Shown here in pieces: positions 41,477 through 54,929 of a stretch of DNA of 64,000 nucleotides (its first letter is position 1; each line of letters starts with the position of its first letter). The translations under genes and the position numbers were made by a program. Origin of the DNA: Phyllosticta citribraziliensis (taxonomy: Eukaryota); contig NW_027117353.1 in assembly GCF_038025025.1 (NCBI RefSeq), forward strand, positions 248,001 to 312,000, in the 5' to 3' direction. The notes under the pieces are model-generated. The model worked only from the letters and a program-made list of their open reading frames with translations. It was not told the DNA's origin and made no database searches.

Positions 41477-42539
41477 GACATGCACATGGTCGATGCATTT
41501 ACTGATGAGCGATCTTTGGTTCTTCTTCCTTTTCATTTCCTTATACTTACTTACATTTGGCGCCGGCCAGCAGTCTACGGACGCCGACGGAGAAAAAGAA
41601 TGGGACATGGATATTTGCATGGGATGGTATGGCATGGCATAGCATGGCATACATGAGCATAGGCATGAGCGGGCACGAACATGAGGAGCATGCTACATAC
41701 TACTTGGTTACTACTTCTATCGACTGCTCTCTTTCTCTGTCTCTAGCTCTTTCTCTTCTAGAAGAGCGGCGTGGGGTAGGGTGGGTGGATGAGTAGAGCT
41801 CTAGGGTTTGATGATGATGGTGTGATGAAAGAAAAAGACTTTATCTTACTTTTCTAATGTGTCTTGTCCCTATTTGACCTATGTGCATGTGTAGACACGT
41901 AGGCCATTAAGCACGCGAAGCTTTTTCAGATCTATCTACTCTGGTACCCATGTGCTCGGTGAGAGAGAGAATGTTGATCCATCTGTTTGTCCTGCACCAC
42001 CCACAATATATCCACACACCCGCCGACTAGCTAACCAATGGACTAATAACCAGCCGGCCGACCAGCTGAGCGCCAACCAACACTGACGACCAAAGCAACA
42101 GCAGGAAAACGCGAATAGAAATGTCTTTTTTGGGCATTACCACCCACCCATACGCTCTCCACCACCACCACCGCAACCACCAACGGCAACAAGAAAGACG
42201 GAGACCGAGAGGAAGAGGGACAAGACAACGACCTTCCTCGCCCGATTGAGCGAGCCTGAATGAATCCAAGAGCACCACCGACCCACCCACCGCCCAAAAT
42301 CAACCCAGCAACCAGAAAACCCCCCCGCACACCAGACCAGCACCCCGAAGCAAGAAAAAGAGGCAGCGCATCTCCGCAACGACACCGACACCGTCACAGC
42401 ACAGTCCAGCCCGGCCCGGCCCAGCCTAGCCTAGCCCCAGTCCACCAGCCGCTTCCCATGCATGCATGCAACGCAACAATCACGACCCCAACCAGCCAGC
42501 TCCGCCCGCTAATCCGCGTGGTATTTTTTGCGCGCAACC

Positions 42540-42727
<188 letters not shown>

Positions 42728-42750
42728 CGTCGACGAGGGAAAGGCAGGGT

Positions 42751-43527
42751 TCATGCGGCGAGCTCTTCGTCGCTGAGGTCGCGGTGGCGCGCGAGGACGA
42801 GGCGCTTGAATTCTTCAAAGTCCGTATCCCACAGCTCGGCGGCCTGGCCGTTGAGCGGGCTGGCGCTGTTTGCGGCGTTAGTGTTGGGTTGTTTGGAGGG
42901 TGTTGCTGCTGCTGCGTCCGATGAGAGGAGGGGCAGGATGGGAAATGGAAAACATGGAAAACAGAATTTGTTTGATGTGGTGGAGGAGGAGGTCGACGGA
43001 AGGGCGCTCACTTATTCGGCTCGCCCAGCAAGCTCTGCAGACTCAGCAGCACCGTCTGCACATTGTAAATGGCGCTCCACTTTTCCTTGAGAATGTCGAG
43101 GCAGATGCGGCCGGAGAAGTCGATGTTGGGGTGGTAGATGGGCGTCTTGAACAGCACCGTGGGCGGGCTGTACGGGTAGTTGGAGGGGAAGGCGAACGAC
43201 AGCTTGAGCGAGAGCCCGCTGTAGGGCGTGCCCTCGGGCCCTTCGATCGTGGCCGTCCACTCGAGGAAGTTGGTCTCGTTGGGGAAGGCCGAGATGCCGG
43301 GCGACGGCGACATCATGAGCGTCATGAGCTCGGTTTGCAGCCTGTTGTTTTTGGCGAGTACTGGTCAGCGCTGGCGCTCCCCGCTGCGCGATGGGCGAGG
43401 TGCCCTGCCTGCTGTCTGCTTACCTCTTTGTGACATTGGCATTGTTGGAGGAGCCAGCGGGCGACGGCTGCTTGGCCTCGGGGATGGCGTCGGTGGGGTT
43501 GTTGGCGGGGTTGACGGCCGAGTCCAT
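42751..43527 (-). CDS. Ubiquitin-conjugating enzyme E2, UBE2C/UbcH10/Ubc11-type (3 exons)
   Basis: [45 protein letters not shown] (active Cys) and [18 protein letters not shown]. Confidence 0.92.
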
Positions 43528-46500
43528 GATGATGCCAGACGGACAGATGGAGGTCGATGAAGGATGTGGTCGAGCTTCGTTGCACGACAGACAGCTTTAT
43601 GCGGCGGCGGGAATGTAAGGATGGTTGCGCGAGAGGCGGGAGTGGTAGGAAGTCTGAACGAGGGAAAGGTGCAGGGGAGCAGTGCCGCTGCGGGCGCTAG
43701 CTAAGGTCTTCAGGTCTTTGTTTACTGTCGCCGTCTGCCAAAACCCCGGCCCGCCGGGCAACGCCCGCCCCTACTCGGCTGTCTGCCGCCGATCTAGCGC
43801 GCAACCGACGCGCTTGTGTCGTGTGCTACAGGTTGCTGCCCTACAATTATTTCCGACAACACTGACGATGCACTCTTTCCACCTTGGCTTCGCCACCAGC
43901 ACATGGCCCTGAGCCTATCCAAATCATTTTTCGACTGTCCAATCATCTATCCAGCACCGCAACACGGAAAACAAAAGCTGCTCTGCGCCATAGCAACGGC
44001 CGACATGATGATTTTCGGGCCAAACGACCAAGCAATGTTCGACTTTTCACCCTGAGATCTTGGTACGGCAGAAAGAGAAATAGAAATACCTTTGATCCTG
44101 AATCTCGACTGCGGAAAATAAAGTCAGACGACTCTCGCACCATGTTTGTCCACCTCACCGCGAGAAGCACTGCCCTGTTGGAGAAGTGGTGCCACTTGTA
44201 GATGCAATAAGCGGAAGCAGGTCAAGAGATGCCGCTGAGATGCCGTTTTGCTAGCAAATCGGAAAACAAAGACAAAACTGATTTGTTGGTTGCAGACATT
44301 CGTGAGCCATCCGCTTCCTTGCTGTTTGCGGACTAGTCCCGCTGGCAAGCCCAACGCATCATCTGGTCGACCTCGGCCTACGCTCCTCATGCGATGCGTG
44401 TGCATTGAGAGCAAAAAAGAACTTGAGACTCGTACGTGAAGATGACAAAAAAGAAAAGAAAAGAAAAATCAAACATCGATTGTCTTGAAGCTAATCAAAG
44501 CGAGCATTGTCTGCCTGCTCTGTTAGAGATGGGCGGTAGAGGGAGCCCCCGCGTCGCCAAGTAGACAGCCCGAGGCTGGCAAAGTGCGTGTCGAAAGAAT
44601 TGATACATCCTGACGGCTTTATTCTTCCGTTCGCTGCTGCAGACGAATATCATGAAGAGCGGCCGATCATGACTGTACAGTAGTTGCGCCCAGAAAGCTG
44701 GCCAACACCACAGCAGTTGACTTGGGTAGTGTTGTTTCTTTCGGCCCCTACTGTGCTGATAGCGAACGCCGTGTCGAACAGCACAAAGAAGGGCTTGGGA
44801 TGGGGAGCATTCGGGCCACAACGAGTCATGATACTTATGAGTGCGCAAAGTTTCTGGGGACATTACGCTGCTTCGAAGTCCCTCAACAACAACGGCGCGT
44901 AGATATGACGACATTATCTTTGCAACCAAATGGGGAAATGCTGATGCTGAGCATATGAACATGCTGGTGGCCTCGGTCTCTTTCGAGTTGAAAATGCAAC
45001 ATTGGGTACCATTGACCATGAGCATGACGTCGAGATCTCCCGCTCATTGCTAAGAATGGAGAAGCGGGCGAGTCGACAGCAGTGCGCACATTGATAACAT
45101 CGCTGGGTGGTTCAACACCTCCTGTCGTCGCCGTCGGTGCAACAGACGACATGACGTCGCGGAGAGCCGTCGCTAAGAATGGCATCGTGAAGAGTCGAGA
45201 GGGCGTAAATCATGAGGCTGGTCTGAGACCAAGCGACCTATCTTTAGACGGCAGACGGCAGCAGGACTCTGGGGAGCATCCATGCCCGCAGCAGGCCGCG
45301 TTGGTCGCGGAGATGAAGTTCGCGTATCCAGGCGACAGCGCGGTGGTGAGGACAGTGCCAGTACTCAGGACGCCTGAAGGAGAGCGACGAGATGGATCTG
45401 TGAGGTAGCGCAAGCGGCGGCAGCATACACATTTGTATGCCAGGTGATGATGATGTCTGAGTAGGCTCTGCCGCCAAGCAGACTGTGCGTGACACATGGC
45501 TGCCAATCCATGCTCTTCGCAGACAGCGGCCCGTACGAAGACGGCCAAGCGAGACGCCTCTGGCCCGAGAAGGGAAAGAGAACAAAAGAAAAGGACGGCT
45601 AGTGGCTAGTTGTCGTAGGGAGAAGACGACCTATTTTTGACCTGGGGCAGACAATGGTTCGGTCCGTGTTTCCGAACGGCATATGCCCGCTCGACATGAA
45701 GCGTCGGCGCTGTGCTCGTGCAAGCGCAGACAGCACTGCATGAACGGTGGGAATTGCAAATCGAGATGCCAAATAGCTGGTGCATGACGAGAGGTAATTG
45801 GTAGTTACAGGCCAAAAAAATGCGGCGGAAGTGAGGGTGCTGACATAGCAGCCACTGGATTGTGGAATCAGGCGGCAGGGAAGGCCGTCCGGCAGCGTTT
45901 CAAGTGGATATGTGTGTTTCTGGAATGCTGCCAGACGTTTGGCTTGTTGCGCAATCAATCACATTCCAGCCGCCTTTGCTTTGCAGACTTGGACCCGTAC
46001 AGTCGAGGCTCATCAGGCTCAAGCTCAGGTTCAGGCACAGCCCGCACGGCGGCAGGGCACGGGCTGCTGATGCTGCGGGCCTCGGCGGCGGATGGTCATC
46101 CTGTGGCGCGAGAGCGATTCGGCCGGTCGACTGGACGGGACTGGAGCCGAAGACGACGACGGCGACGACGGCGACGGATGGCTCGGACGGTGCTGCGCAT
46201 TTTTTTCCCATCACGGGTTGTTAATCAGTAGATGTGTGGTGGTGGTGGTGATGAGCGCAGGGGGGCCATAAATTAAAGTGCAAAAGTCAGAGGATCGAGG
46301 AGATCCTGCTACGTCAACAAGCTCCAACGTTCTTCTCTGGCGCCGCAACACGCAACTGACAAGCCTTCCCCGGCCACCACCCTCCTCGTCCCGCTCCTCG
46401 TGAAACCATCCTCCTCCTCTCCCTCTCTCCCTCTTGCGTCCCTGTCCTGCCTTCCTTCAACTACCCTACCCCCGCCCTTCCTTCGTCCTCCTACATGGAC

Positions 46501-46561
46501 CCAACGCCCTAACTGCGCCCATCACCAAGAGCGAGCTCGCCCGCCGCCATAGCTCGACACC

Positions 46562-48517
46562 ATGTGGCAGCGCACAAAGCATGGCAGCAAGGCCAGCTTC
46601 GACAAGCTATGGGGCTGGGCAGACAAACTCGGTGCCCCCGTCAACCGTCTCTCCAACAAGCTGGGCTCCGAAGCCTTTTGGCCCACGACCCTCGACAAGG
46701 AGAGCGACAAGGCTGCCCGCATCCTCAGAAGTTTTTGCAGTATGCCTGGTCGAGTCCGCCATGTTGCCTCCGCTGACTCGCTCCCAGAAGATGGTTTTTA
46801 CGAAGAGGAACTGCTCACCACCATCGACGGGCCTAAGCAAAAGCAAAAAGTTCTCAAAAAGATTCCCGCTGAAGTCTGACCTCCCCCGCTTTGCCCCTCC
46901 TCCACAAGGCCCAAGCTGACGTCGGCCCAGGTAATTCGCAACGCCAAAGGACTCGCCATCTTCACTACCATGCGCAGCGGACTCTGGATATCAGGCGCAG
47001 GAGGAAGTGGAATTCTCGTCGGACGCATGGAAGATGGCAACTGGTCGCCTCCCTCGGGCATCATGCTGCATACCGCCGGCCTCGGTTTTCTAGTCGGCGT
47101 CGACATCTACGATTGCGTCGTCGTCATCAACACACAACAAGCATTGGAAGCATTTGCAAAAGTACGATGTACACTGGGCGGGGAAGTGAGCGCAGTCGCC
47201 GGTCCGCTCGGCGTCGGAGGCATCGTCGAGACCGAGGTTCACAAGCGTCAAGCCCCCGTATTCAACTACATGAAGTCAAGAGGTCTCTACGCCGGCGTGC
47301 AGATAGACGGGACCGTTGTCATTGAGCGGACCGACGAAAACGAAAAATTCTACGGCGAAAGACTTGGTCTGGCAGATATCCTGGCCGGCAAAGTTGCAAA
47401 TCCCCCTCTTGAGATCCGCACCCTAATGGAGACGATCAAAGCCGCGCAAGGAGATGCCGAATTCGACCAGAATCTCCTACCTTCCGAGCCCCCGCCGAGC
47501 GATTTCGAGCTCGACAGTGACCACATTTTTGGCGTCCCGGATAAGATGGATCCTGATCCGTATGGGGTGTTGGCATTAGAAAAGCAAGGATTTCATATTG
47601 TCGAGGCCGGGACGCACAAGAGACCTACCAGCGAGCAATTCGAGTTCAACCCGAGCCCGCAGAGCCCAATTTTCAGCACATTCAGCAGACGGAGCGTTGA
47701 CGGACGCAGCATAAGGACTACGAGCCGGCGGAGCAGTTGGAGAGCGAGCACCCTGAGCACCTCTACAGTCGACCGTGGAATACAAACGTGCGACATGGGA
47801 ATCCAGACAGACGTTTTCGACACGCATTCCATCAACAGCCCGAGCATGTCCGCGACGACGCGATCAGTCATGGCGGAAATTCCGGAAGATGACGTCCTTG
47901 CCGAACCCGAGCCCCTGCCGAAACAGGGTTCTGCGGGTGAGGTCACTCAGCAGTCGGGAGTGCGGCAAGAGAAGCATGTGGAACAACACGAGACGGAGGC
48001 CGAAGCGGAAGCGGCGTCGAGGAAAGATCCGGATGCCTCTGAATCAGACGACGACGATGACGACTTTGAAGATGTGGAGGAGCCAGTGGTGGCAGAGGTC
48101 CAGCAGGCCACCCAGCCCCAGGCAATCCGTGCCAGACTCGTCACCGTCACCAAGCCAGCGGCGCCGAAGCTTCCTCCGCGGAACCCTATCCGCAATCGCA
48201 AGGGCCCTCTTGTCATCAACGCCGATCCAGAGAACCCCAACTTTGTGCACGAGGCAAGCGCTTCGCCTCGTTCGCCCATGTCGTCGTCCGAGCGTCCCTC
48301 CGCTAGCACCATTGACAGCGCATCATCCTTCAGCTCCCGCGACTCGGTTTCTTCGGTCGAGGCCGTGAGCGAAAACCTCGACAAGACCAAGCTCGAGGAT
48401 GTGGAAACGGTCCGCGGCAGCGTCAACGAGGACCGCTCGCGTTATTTCGACAAGTACTACCCCAGCCCGGCGAGCTCGCATGGCCGCAAGAGCCCCGTCA
48501 GCGAAGACTTTTCGTAA
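46562..48517 (+). CDS. SYLF (Ysc84/Lsb3, DUF500) domain protein (3 exons)
   Basis: EAFWPTTLDKESDKAARILRSFC|...KKIPAE|VIRNAKGLAIFT..SGAGGSGILV..WSPPSG..KSRGLYAGVQIDG. Introns about 46740-46788 and 46874-46930. Confidence 0.9.
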
Positions 48518-51102
48518 AGACTGGGTTGGCCCAGTCTGGGGCAATTTTGACGACGATTACTGTCTAATGCCCTTTTCTCTCCCTTTCCTTTTGTATTTGA
48601 TTCCCCACAGCCAGCATATTTGCCTGGCGTCTGGGATGGCTTGCTTTATACTAGCGTGGATATCTCATCTGGGACTCTCTCACATGCAGCAGGTGTTTTT
48701 GGTTTTGTTTCCTTTTCTTCCGCAGGAGCGTGCAACGAAGGGACATGGCGACTTGTCTTACACATGGAAGAGGACATGGCTTGAGATGGGTTTTCTTTTC
48801 TCCTGGGAAGCCTAGTGCTTCCTTTTTGGGCCCAGCGCCACTTCTTTCACCTGGACACTTTTTTAATCCTTTCACCTTCGACTCATCATCGGGCGTGGAG
48901 GCGTAGGGAAATGTTTGCTCATTCCCTGCATCCATTCAAAACGCACCTGTCGCCCAGAGCTCTTAGTTGCCCCATCCTATTGCGCGTGGGCCTTTTACAA
49001 ACCTCTCTTATCCTCCTCTTCTGCCACGCCTTTTTCTTCTCCTCTTCTCTTTCTTCTTCTTGTCGAAACTCGGCCGTTTTTCCTCCTGAAAGTGTCGTGG
49101 TTTGCCAGTCGATGAGTGAGCAGTCACGTCCTGTACGCAAGTCCTTTTCGCCCCGACGAGTTTTTTCTTTTTCTGAGTACCTACCTACATGTCGATAAAC
49201 CATACACAGGCTACGCTGAGAAATACAACCCATGACTGAATCTCTTCTTTGTTCCTGACCCGACCGTCTGTTCGTCAGTTTTGTGTGCAGTCCATGAATG
49301 TAGCTGTGTATTTCAGCATGCGTGGATGACGCGTCAGCTCTTTTTCTAGAAGGTCGTCTGTGCACTTGGGTGGGTGGGCGAGCTGTCGGAGCTGATGCTG
49401 CTGCTGCAGGGTAGGTTGTTCCCGCTGCCTTCCGGCAGTGATGGGAGAGGAGAGAGAAGGGGGGTTGTGAGGGAGGCAGCCGGCCGGCCGGGTGATGCCG
49501 AGGTGGACGAGACATTGCAGAGTGCTGCAGAGTAGAGCAGAGCTCGCGGGTTCGCGACGTTTTTGGCCACGGTGACGCGCGAAGAAGCATACCTACGCAT
49601 ACATATGATAGGTGGGTGCTCAGGTGCTTAGTAAGGTGGTTTGGCAGCAGTGACATTGAGGACGATACAGTCACACCGACATTTGCGCAAAGAGGCCTAT
49701 GAGCATTGCGCGGGTTTCAGAGACGGGCAGGTAGGAGGGTAAGGTACATAAGGTAGGTGAGCTGTGCTGATGCTGTGGGCATGGACATGGGCGTCGCGCG
49801 TCATTGTGCGTGTGCAGTGGCGAGTGAGAGGAGCATGGTAGGCATGTCAGCCGGGTGCAGCGCAGCGCAGCGCAGTAAAGCGCAGTGCAGCAGTGCTTCA
49901 TGTTGCTGCCAGACGAACGACATTGTCGACGGCGTGGGATGGAATGGGAACGGCACTCGTATGATAGGTGGGATGGCAGAAGATGGGATGCTTCGCTATG
50001 TCGACTGGAATGGGGTTTCTTCTCTGTCTCGCCGTCTAGAATGCGCACACGCAGCTCAAAGGCTGCGTTCCGTGGAGACAGACAGCGTCGACAGCGAAGA
50101 TAGATAATGTACGTACAAAGACCCAGTACCCCATTCTCCAAAGGCCACTGCGCCGCGCCTAGTTGGCTGGCCAAAACCAAGAACGACAGGCACACTTTGC
50201 TGTCTGTCCAGACTTGTCTCGTCTGCGAGAGAATGAGTACGAACATTTAACCGCTGCCCTGTGCCCTTTCTGTTGGCCGTGTTTCGAAACAGAGGGCACC
50301 TCGCAATGACTTGCCTGTTTGCCTGCTTGAAAGCTTGGCCAGTCTGACGCGTCTTGTATCAAGGCCGACGACGGCCAGAGCCGCTGCACCCTGTACTGCG
50401 TGATGCCCTGCCTTGGTGCGCAGACGCTGCTTGGCGGATGGCTGCCTGGATTGTCTTGATACCTTGAGAACTGTCGTCGAGTAGACCAACGAGGAGCAAG
50501 ATTCCAAATGCTCTCCGCACAGTGAAAGGCGCATCACAGCCTGTCAGCGGCAAGCAAACGTACGAGGTCAAAACGAGACCAAAGTCGACGGTTGCCTATT
50601 ATTAGAAGGCCGAGGGAAAAGGTGGGCATAGAGAGACGAAGGGTTGATGCGAGCCGGGGTGGTGGTATCCAGGGGGACCCCGGCGATCCATGCCCTCAAT
50701 TCCCACCTCGTACCTCTCCCTCTTCACCCTCCATCCACGTCTCACACCGCAAACCTGCATCGATGGCCGGCGCTACATGCTTCTGCTTTCGACCATCTCG
50801 TTCCAGCACCATCATGCGCTTTGGAAGCACTGCTTCTTTGTAATGGCATCGCTGCCGGACCAGCTCGGCTGCTTCTCACGTAAAGCAGCCACCGCCGCCT
50901 CCATCTACATGCTCTCTTGTCTCTGTCACCCACTTTCTTCCTCGCAACCCTGTCTGTGCTAATCGCGTACGCGCTGCTCCAGCCTCTCCGTTTGCCGCGT
51001 TCCCACTGACCCGCATCCGCCCTTCCTTCATGGCCTCGACAACCTCGAGGGGCTGGTCCGCCCTGTCTGGTCTGCCAGCCGTCCGCTATGGTACCTGCTT
51101 GG

Positions 51103-51136
51103 CATCCATCCATCCATCCATCCATCCATCCATCCA
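51103..51136. repeat. (CATC)n microsatellite
   Basis: About 8 tandem CATC units, directly visible. Confidence 0.9.
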
Positions 51137-52300
51137 CACCGTGCCGTCAGATGGAATCATCATCCGGCCGGGAAAACGAGGCGCCTCTCGCTTGGCTGGC
51201 CAGTCGCAGCATTCGCCAGCGCCATGCGGCCGTGATGATGACGATGATGCTGATGCGCGCCATGGATGACGGACGGATGGCCGTCGGGCTCGCGCTCTCG
51301 TCGGTTGCCCTCGCCCGTCTCTGTCGCTTTCTCTGATGCCGCTCTTCGTCAAGCCAGCCAGCGGGGCCCGCCGGCGCCGTCCTGTCCTGTCAGATGCACG
51401 TCGTTTTGGCAATCGTTTGCGACTTTGGGGCGTCCGGCATGATCATGACCAAGCCCGCCCATCCGCCAGGTCGCCGCGAGGCCCGCAGAGCCGCCTGCAT
51501 GCATGCACGGCATTAGAAATTGTCGTCGTCGTGGTCGTCGTCGTTGACGGTGCCGGCTCGCTCGTCCGCTCGTTGCTCATCAATTGCTTCGTCATCTGGC
51601 GACGGCCCGGTCCCGCTGAGAGGAGAAACGGATTGATTTGCAACCACGAGAGCCTCTTGCTCCCATCATCATCCTACTCGTCCTCGTCCTGGTCCTCTCC
51701 TCCCATCCTGTCACCCTCGACCGGACAGCTGCGGTCATGACGCGACTGACGGACGCGAGCTTCCTGGCGGGGGCCCATGAGCCAATCCCATGTCACCATG
51801 CCCTCGCTTGGTCGCTGCCTTGCCCTCTTACACCGTGACTTACGACGGGACGGACGGACTGACTGACAGACACACAGGCAGACGCAGCGAGCGACCAAGT
51901 GCGGTGGTGAATCCCACCCCTGCAGCCCTATCTTAGACCGTGCCTTCGCGCAATGCTGACAGCTTTGCCCTCTCTTCCCTTGTTCCTGCCGTTGTATCCA
52001 CGACTCTCGTTTCTCCGTCCACTTGCTATTTGTTGCTCGTCACCGTCTCTTTCCTTTCGTCACAGTACCGCTGGATAATCGGCATCATCCACCATCTCAC
52101 AACTACCTGCGGCAGGCGGCAGCAGTGGCAGCAGCAGGGCTTCACGCCATGCCCATGCAAAACGTAGGGCTGCAGATGGATGATGGTCCACAAAGAACTG
52201 CTACTGGTTCACTTCTGTCCGCCGTTTGCTAAGCCATCTTCCTCGCTCGTCTCCTTCTCTCGACGGTGGTGCCGTTCGACGCGACGGCACCGCTTTTTTG

Positions 52301-52310
52301 ATATATATAA
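52301..52310 (+). promoter_or_regulatory. TATA box upstream of the small Cys/His-rich gene
   Basis: ATATATATAA in GC-rich context about 250 bp upstream of ATG 52559. Confidence 0.55.
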
Positions 52311-52558
52311 GGCATCACTGAGTTTCCAGTCTGTCTCTTTTCGTTGTCAATCATCACATCACGCTTCTGCTACTCCATACTACCGGTTCTGCATCTCTTT
52401 GAAAAGGACGGCGTTCTGTTCCCATCAGTCACTTAATCGTCGACTCATACGATTCTCGAAAGTAAAACACTCTTCAGCATCTATCCTGCTCTTCGTTACA
52501 TCAGAGGACCAACCCACACGCAGCCAGCCAGTCCGCCAGCCAGAGAGAAGGCAACATA

Positions 52559-53137
52559 ATGTGCTACCAACTGACCGAGCGCTACGCCGTCTGCGGCTGC
52601 CTCTACCACAAGCACGCCGTCGACCCCTGCGCGCAGTACGGCCAGTACGGCCACTCCGTCCAAGAAAAGACCGTCCTCGTCGGCTACGCCTGCGGCGTGC
52701 ACAGCGCCGGCCGCTCATCCGGCAGTTCCGCCACTACCTCTTCTCCCTTTTGCTTTTCGGCGTCTTGGTCCATTGGCGGTGCGGTGATGGAAGAAGAGGA
52801 GGAGATGGCGGCGATGGGCGGCGTGGGTAGAGAGGGAAGTGGGAGTGGGAGTGTGGGCGGGGCAGACTTGGTGCTGCCCCCTGAGTCTTTGGGGTTGCAG
52901 TTGGCGTTGGGAGGGCGATTAGCGAGCGGACTGCACACTTCGACTGCTGCTGCTGCCGCCTCCTCTTCCAATTCCCTCTCACTGTCTCGCGCACACAACC
53001 GACGCATCATCATCAGGCGAACGGCGGCGGGCTTGTCGCCGCATCCCGTACGCCGCAGCAGCAGCCATCTCACATCTCCTCATGCTGCCGCCGCGCTGCG
53101 GAATCATCGCCATCACCGGCACGCCCACATGATCTGA
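52559..53137 (+). CDS. Uncharacterised protein with N-terminal ~49-aa Cys/His-rich domain and low-complexity tail
   Basis: MCYQLTERYAVCGCLYHKHAVDPCAQYGQYGHSVQEKTVLVGYACGVHS with strong C/G-ending codon bias, ACATAATG start context and an upstream TATA. The 3' extent is uncertain. Confidence 0.7.
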   Translation: MCYQLTERYAVCGCLYHKHAVDPCAQYGQYGHSVQEKTVLVGYACGVHSAGRSSGSSATTSSPFCFSASWSIGGAVMEEEEEMAAMGGVGREGSGSGSVGGADLVLPPESLGLQLALGGRLASGLHTSTAAAAASSSNSLSLSRAHNRRIIIRRTAAGLSPHPVRRSSSHLTSPHAAAALRNHRHHRHAHMI

Positions 53138-54929
53138 GCATCTGAGCCGCTACCACCGTGGTAGCGGCGAAACAAACCGCGACTGGCGAACAGAATGCGC
53201 TCATGGAAGGCAGGCGAGATGGCATGGCACAGCACGGCGATGTGGGTCCAGTCTCTTTTTCTCTGTTCTGTCGTGTCGTGTTGTCGCATGAGGCTTGTAA
53301 GGTGGAGGTCGACAAGAGGACGACGACGTCGACACAGCAGACGGAGGAGGGAGCTGCCGACAGCCGACCGAAACGCAAGAAAAGAAAAGAAAACGAAAAC
53401 GAAACGAGGAGGGAGGCAGGGCCGCGCGAGCAAAGCGGCCAGCCCAGGCGGCGCCAATACACCTGACGCCACGCGGTGATGAACTTCTCGCATGCCGCAA
53501 ACTAGACAATGGAGGATGGGGGCGCTGCAACCGAAGGAAGCAACGACGCCATGCATCATCCACCTGGATGATGTGCTTGGTCGGGTCGATTGAGCGGCGG
53601 CGGCGGCTGGCTGGTGGGCGTGTACTTGTGAAATGTACTGTACTGTACTGTTGTACATATGCTGGTCGGTAGGCAGAGAGGCCAGATGAATACGTTTTCT
53701 TGTGTAGACCAAGAGATCCCGCAGCGACCCGACTGCCCGCAACCCGACGGACTGCAACGCAGAGAGGGGTACCTTGTCCCTTCCCTTTCCTTTCCTCCTC
53801 CTCCCTCTCGTCTCCATTCAGTCTACATTACATACATGTAGTTATTGATTCTTGCCATCTTCTACCCACATACGTTGTACAATACCAAACAATACGTAAA
53901 TAACGGTGCCTTGTAGCTACACAATCGAAGGCCATGAACGGTGGTCGAATGCAACATCCATTCACTAATCGATTGCCTGATTCCTCCGCTTAACTAACCG
54001 ACTAACCCTTTCATTCTAGTCTAGGAGGTAGGCGAGCAAGTAGGTAGCCCACTACCACATCGGAGCCCCTCAACTACCGTCGACGTCGACGATTCGGAGA
54101 AGATGACGAAAGCAACGTCATCGCCTGGCTTAAAGGGAGGAAAATGGGGAGAAGCTTTTGCTGTCTGCACGCCGCGCTCTCGTCACATCTCTTGTTGTAC
54201 TTGCTTGCGTGCTTGCCTGCCTGTTGCAGAAAGAGACGGGCAAGAAAGCTAGCTAGCTAGAGACGAGAGGCAGAGTAAGTGTTTCTGAGCAACTTGGTAA
54301 TGCAAGTGCAGGCGCAGATGCAGGTGCAAGGGAAAAGGCAAATGACAAGGGGAATTTTCAAACTGAACCGTAAGGGTTGGATTATTAGTGCTGAGGGGTT
54401 TTCTTTGGAGAGACGGAAAGAGGGAGAAGAAGAAGAAGCAGCAGCAAAAGTAGAGTGAGCAAGCCCAGACCACCGTAGTCGACCTTTCAGAGGCTGTCGG
54501 CGGTAGCAGAGTTGGATCCGTTTGTCGCAGATGGCGGGTAGTCGAGAGGGGATGCACCTGAGAAGCCGCCTTTGCTTTTGGTGATTTTGTTTTTGGCCAT
54601 CACCCCCTTCGCTTTTCGTGTTGAGGTGTACGGCCGAGGTAAATAGAATTGTCCGAGTGTCGATCAGATACCGTGTCGAGTCAGAAACAATCGAAAAGCA
54701 ATCGAGTGGGCTGATGTAAGACGCTTTATGGGAGTGATTGAAAAGCCCTTGAGGCCAGATCACACCGAAACCTCAATTTTTGGGAAGTCTTGAATAGTGT
54801 TCAGAGGTATCGGCTGGGTCGGGATTGAAAACACAAACGGTTTCGTTCCGGCCGAGAGATATAATGAGACCTGGGTGCTGGAAGAGTGGCTTCAGGCGCC
54901 ATGTTAGAGCACCGGCGCCTTTGAACAAT

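Noticed and set aside
43900..46300. Short ORFs and a duplicated CATGACGTCG...GCTAAGAATGG motif (near 45024 and 45150)
   Set aside because: No recognisable protein motif or codon bias; two copies are too little evidence for a gene or regulatory call.
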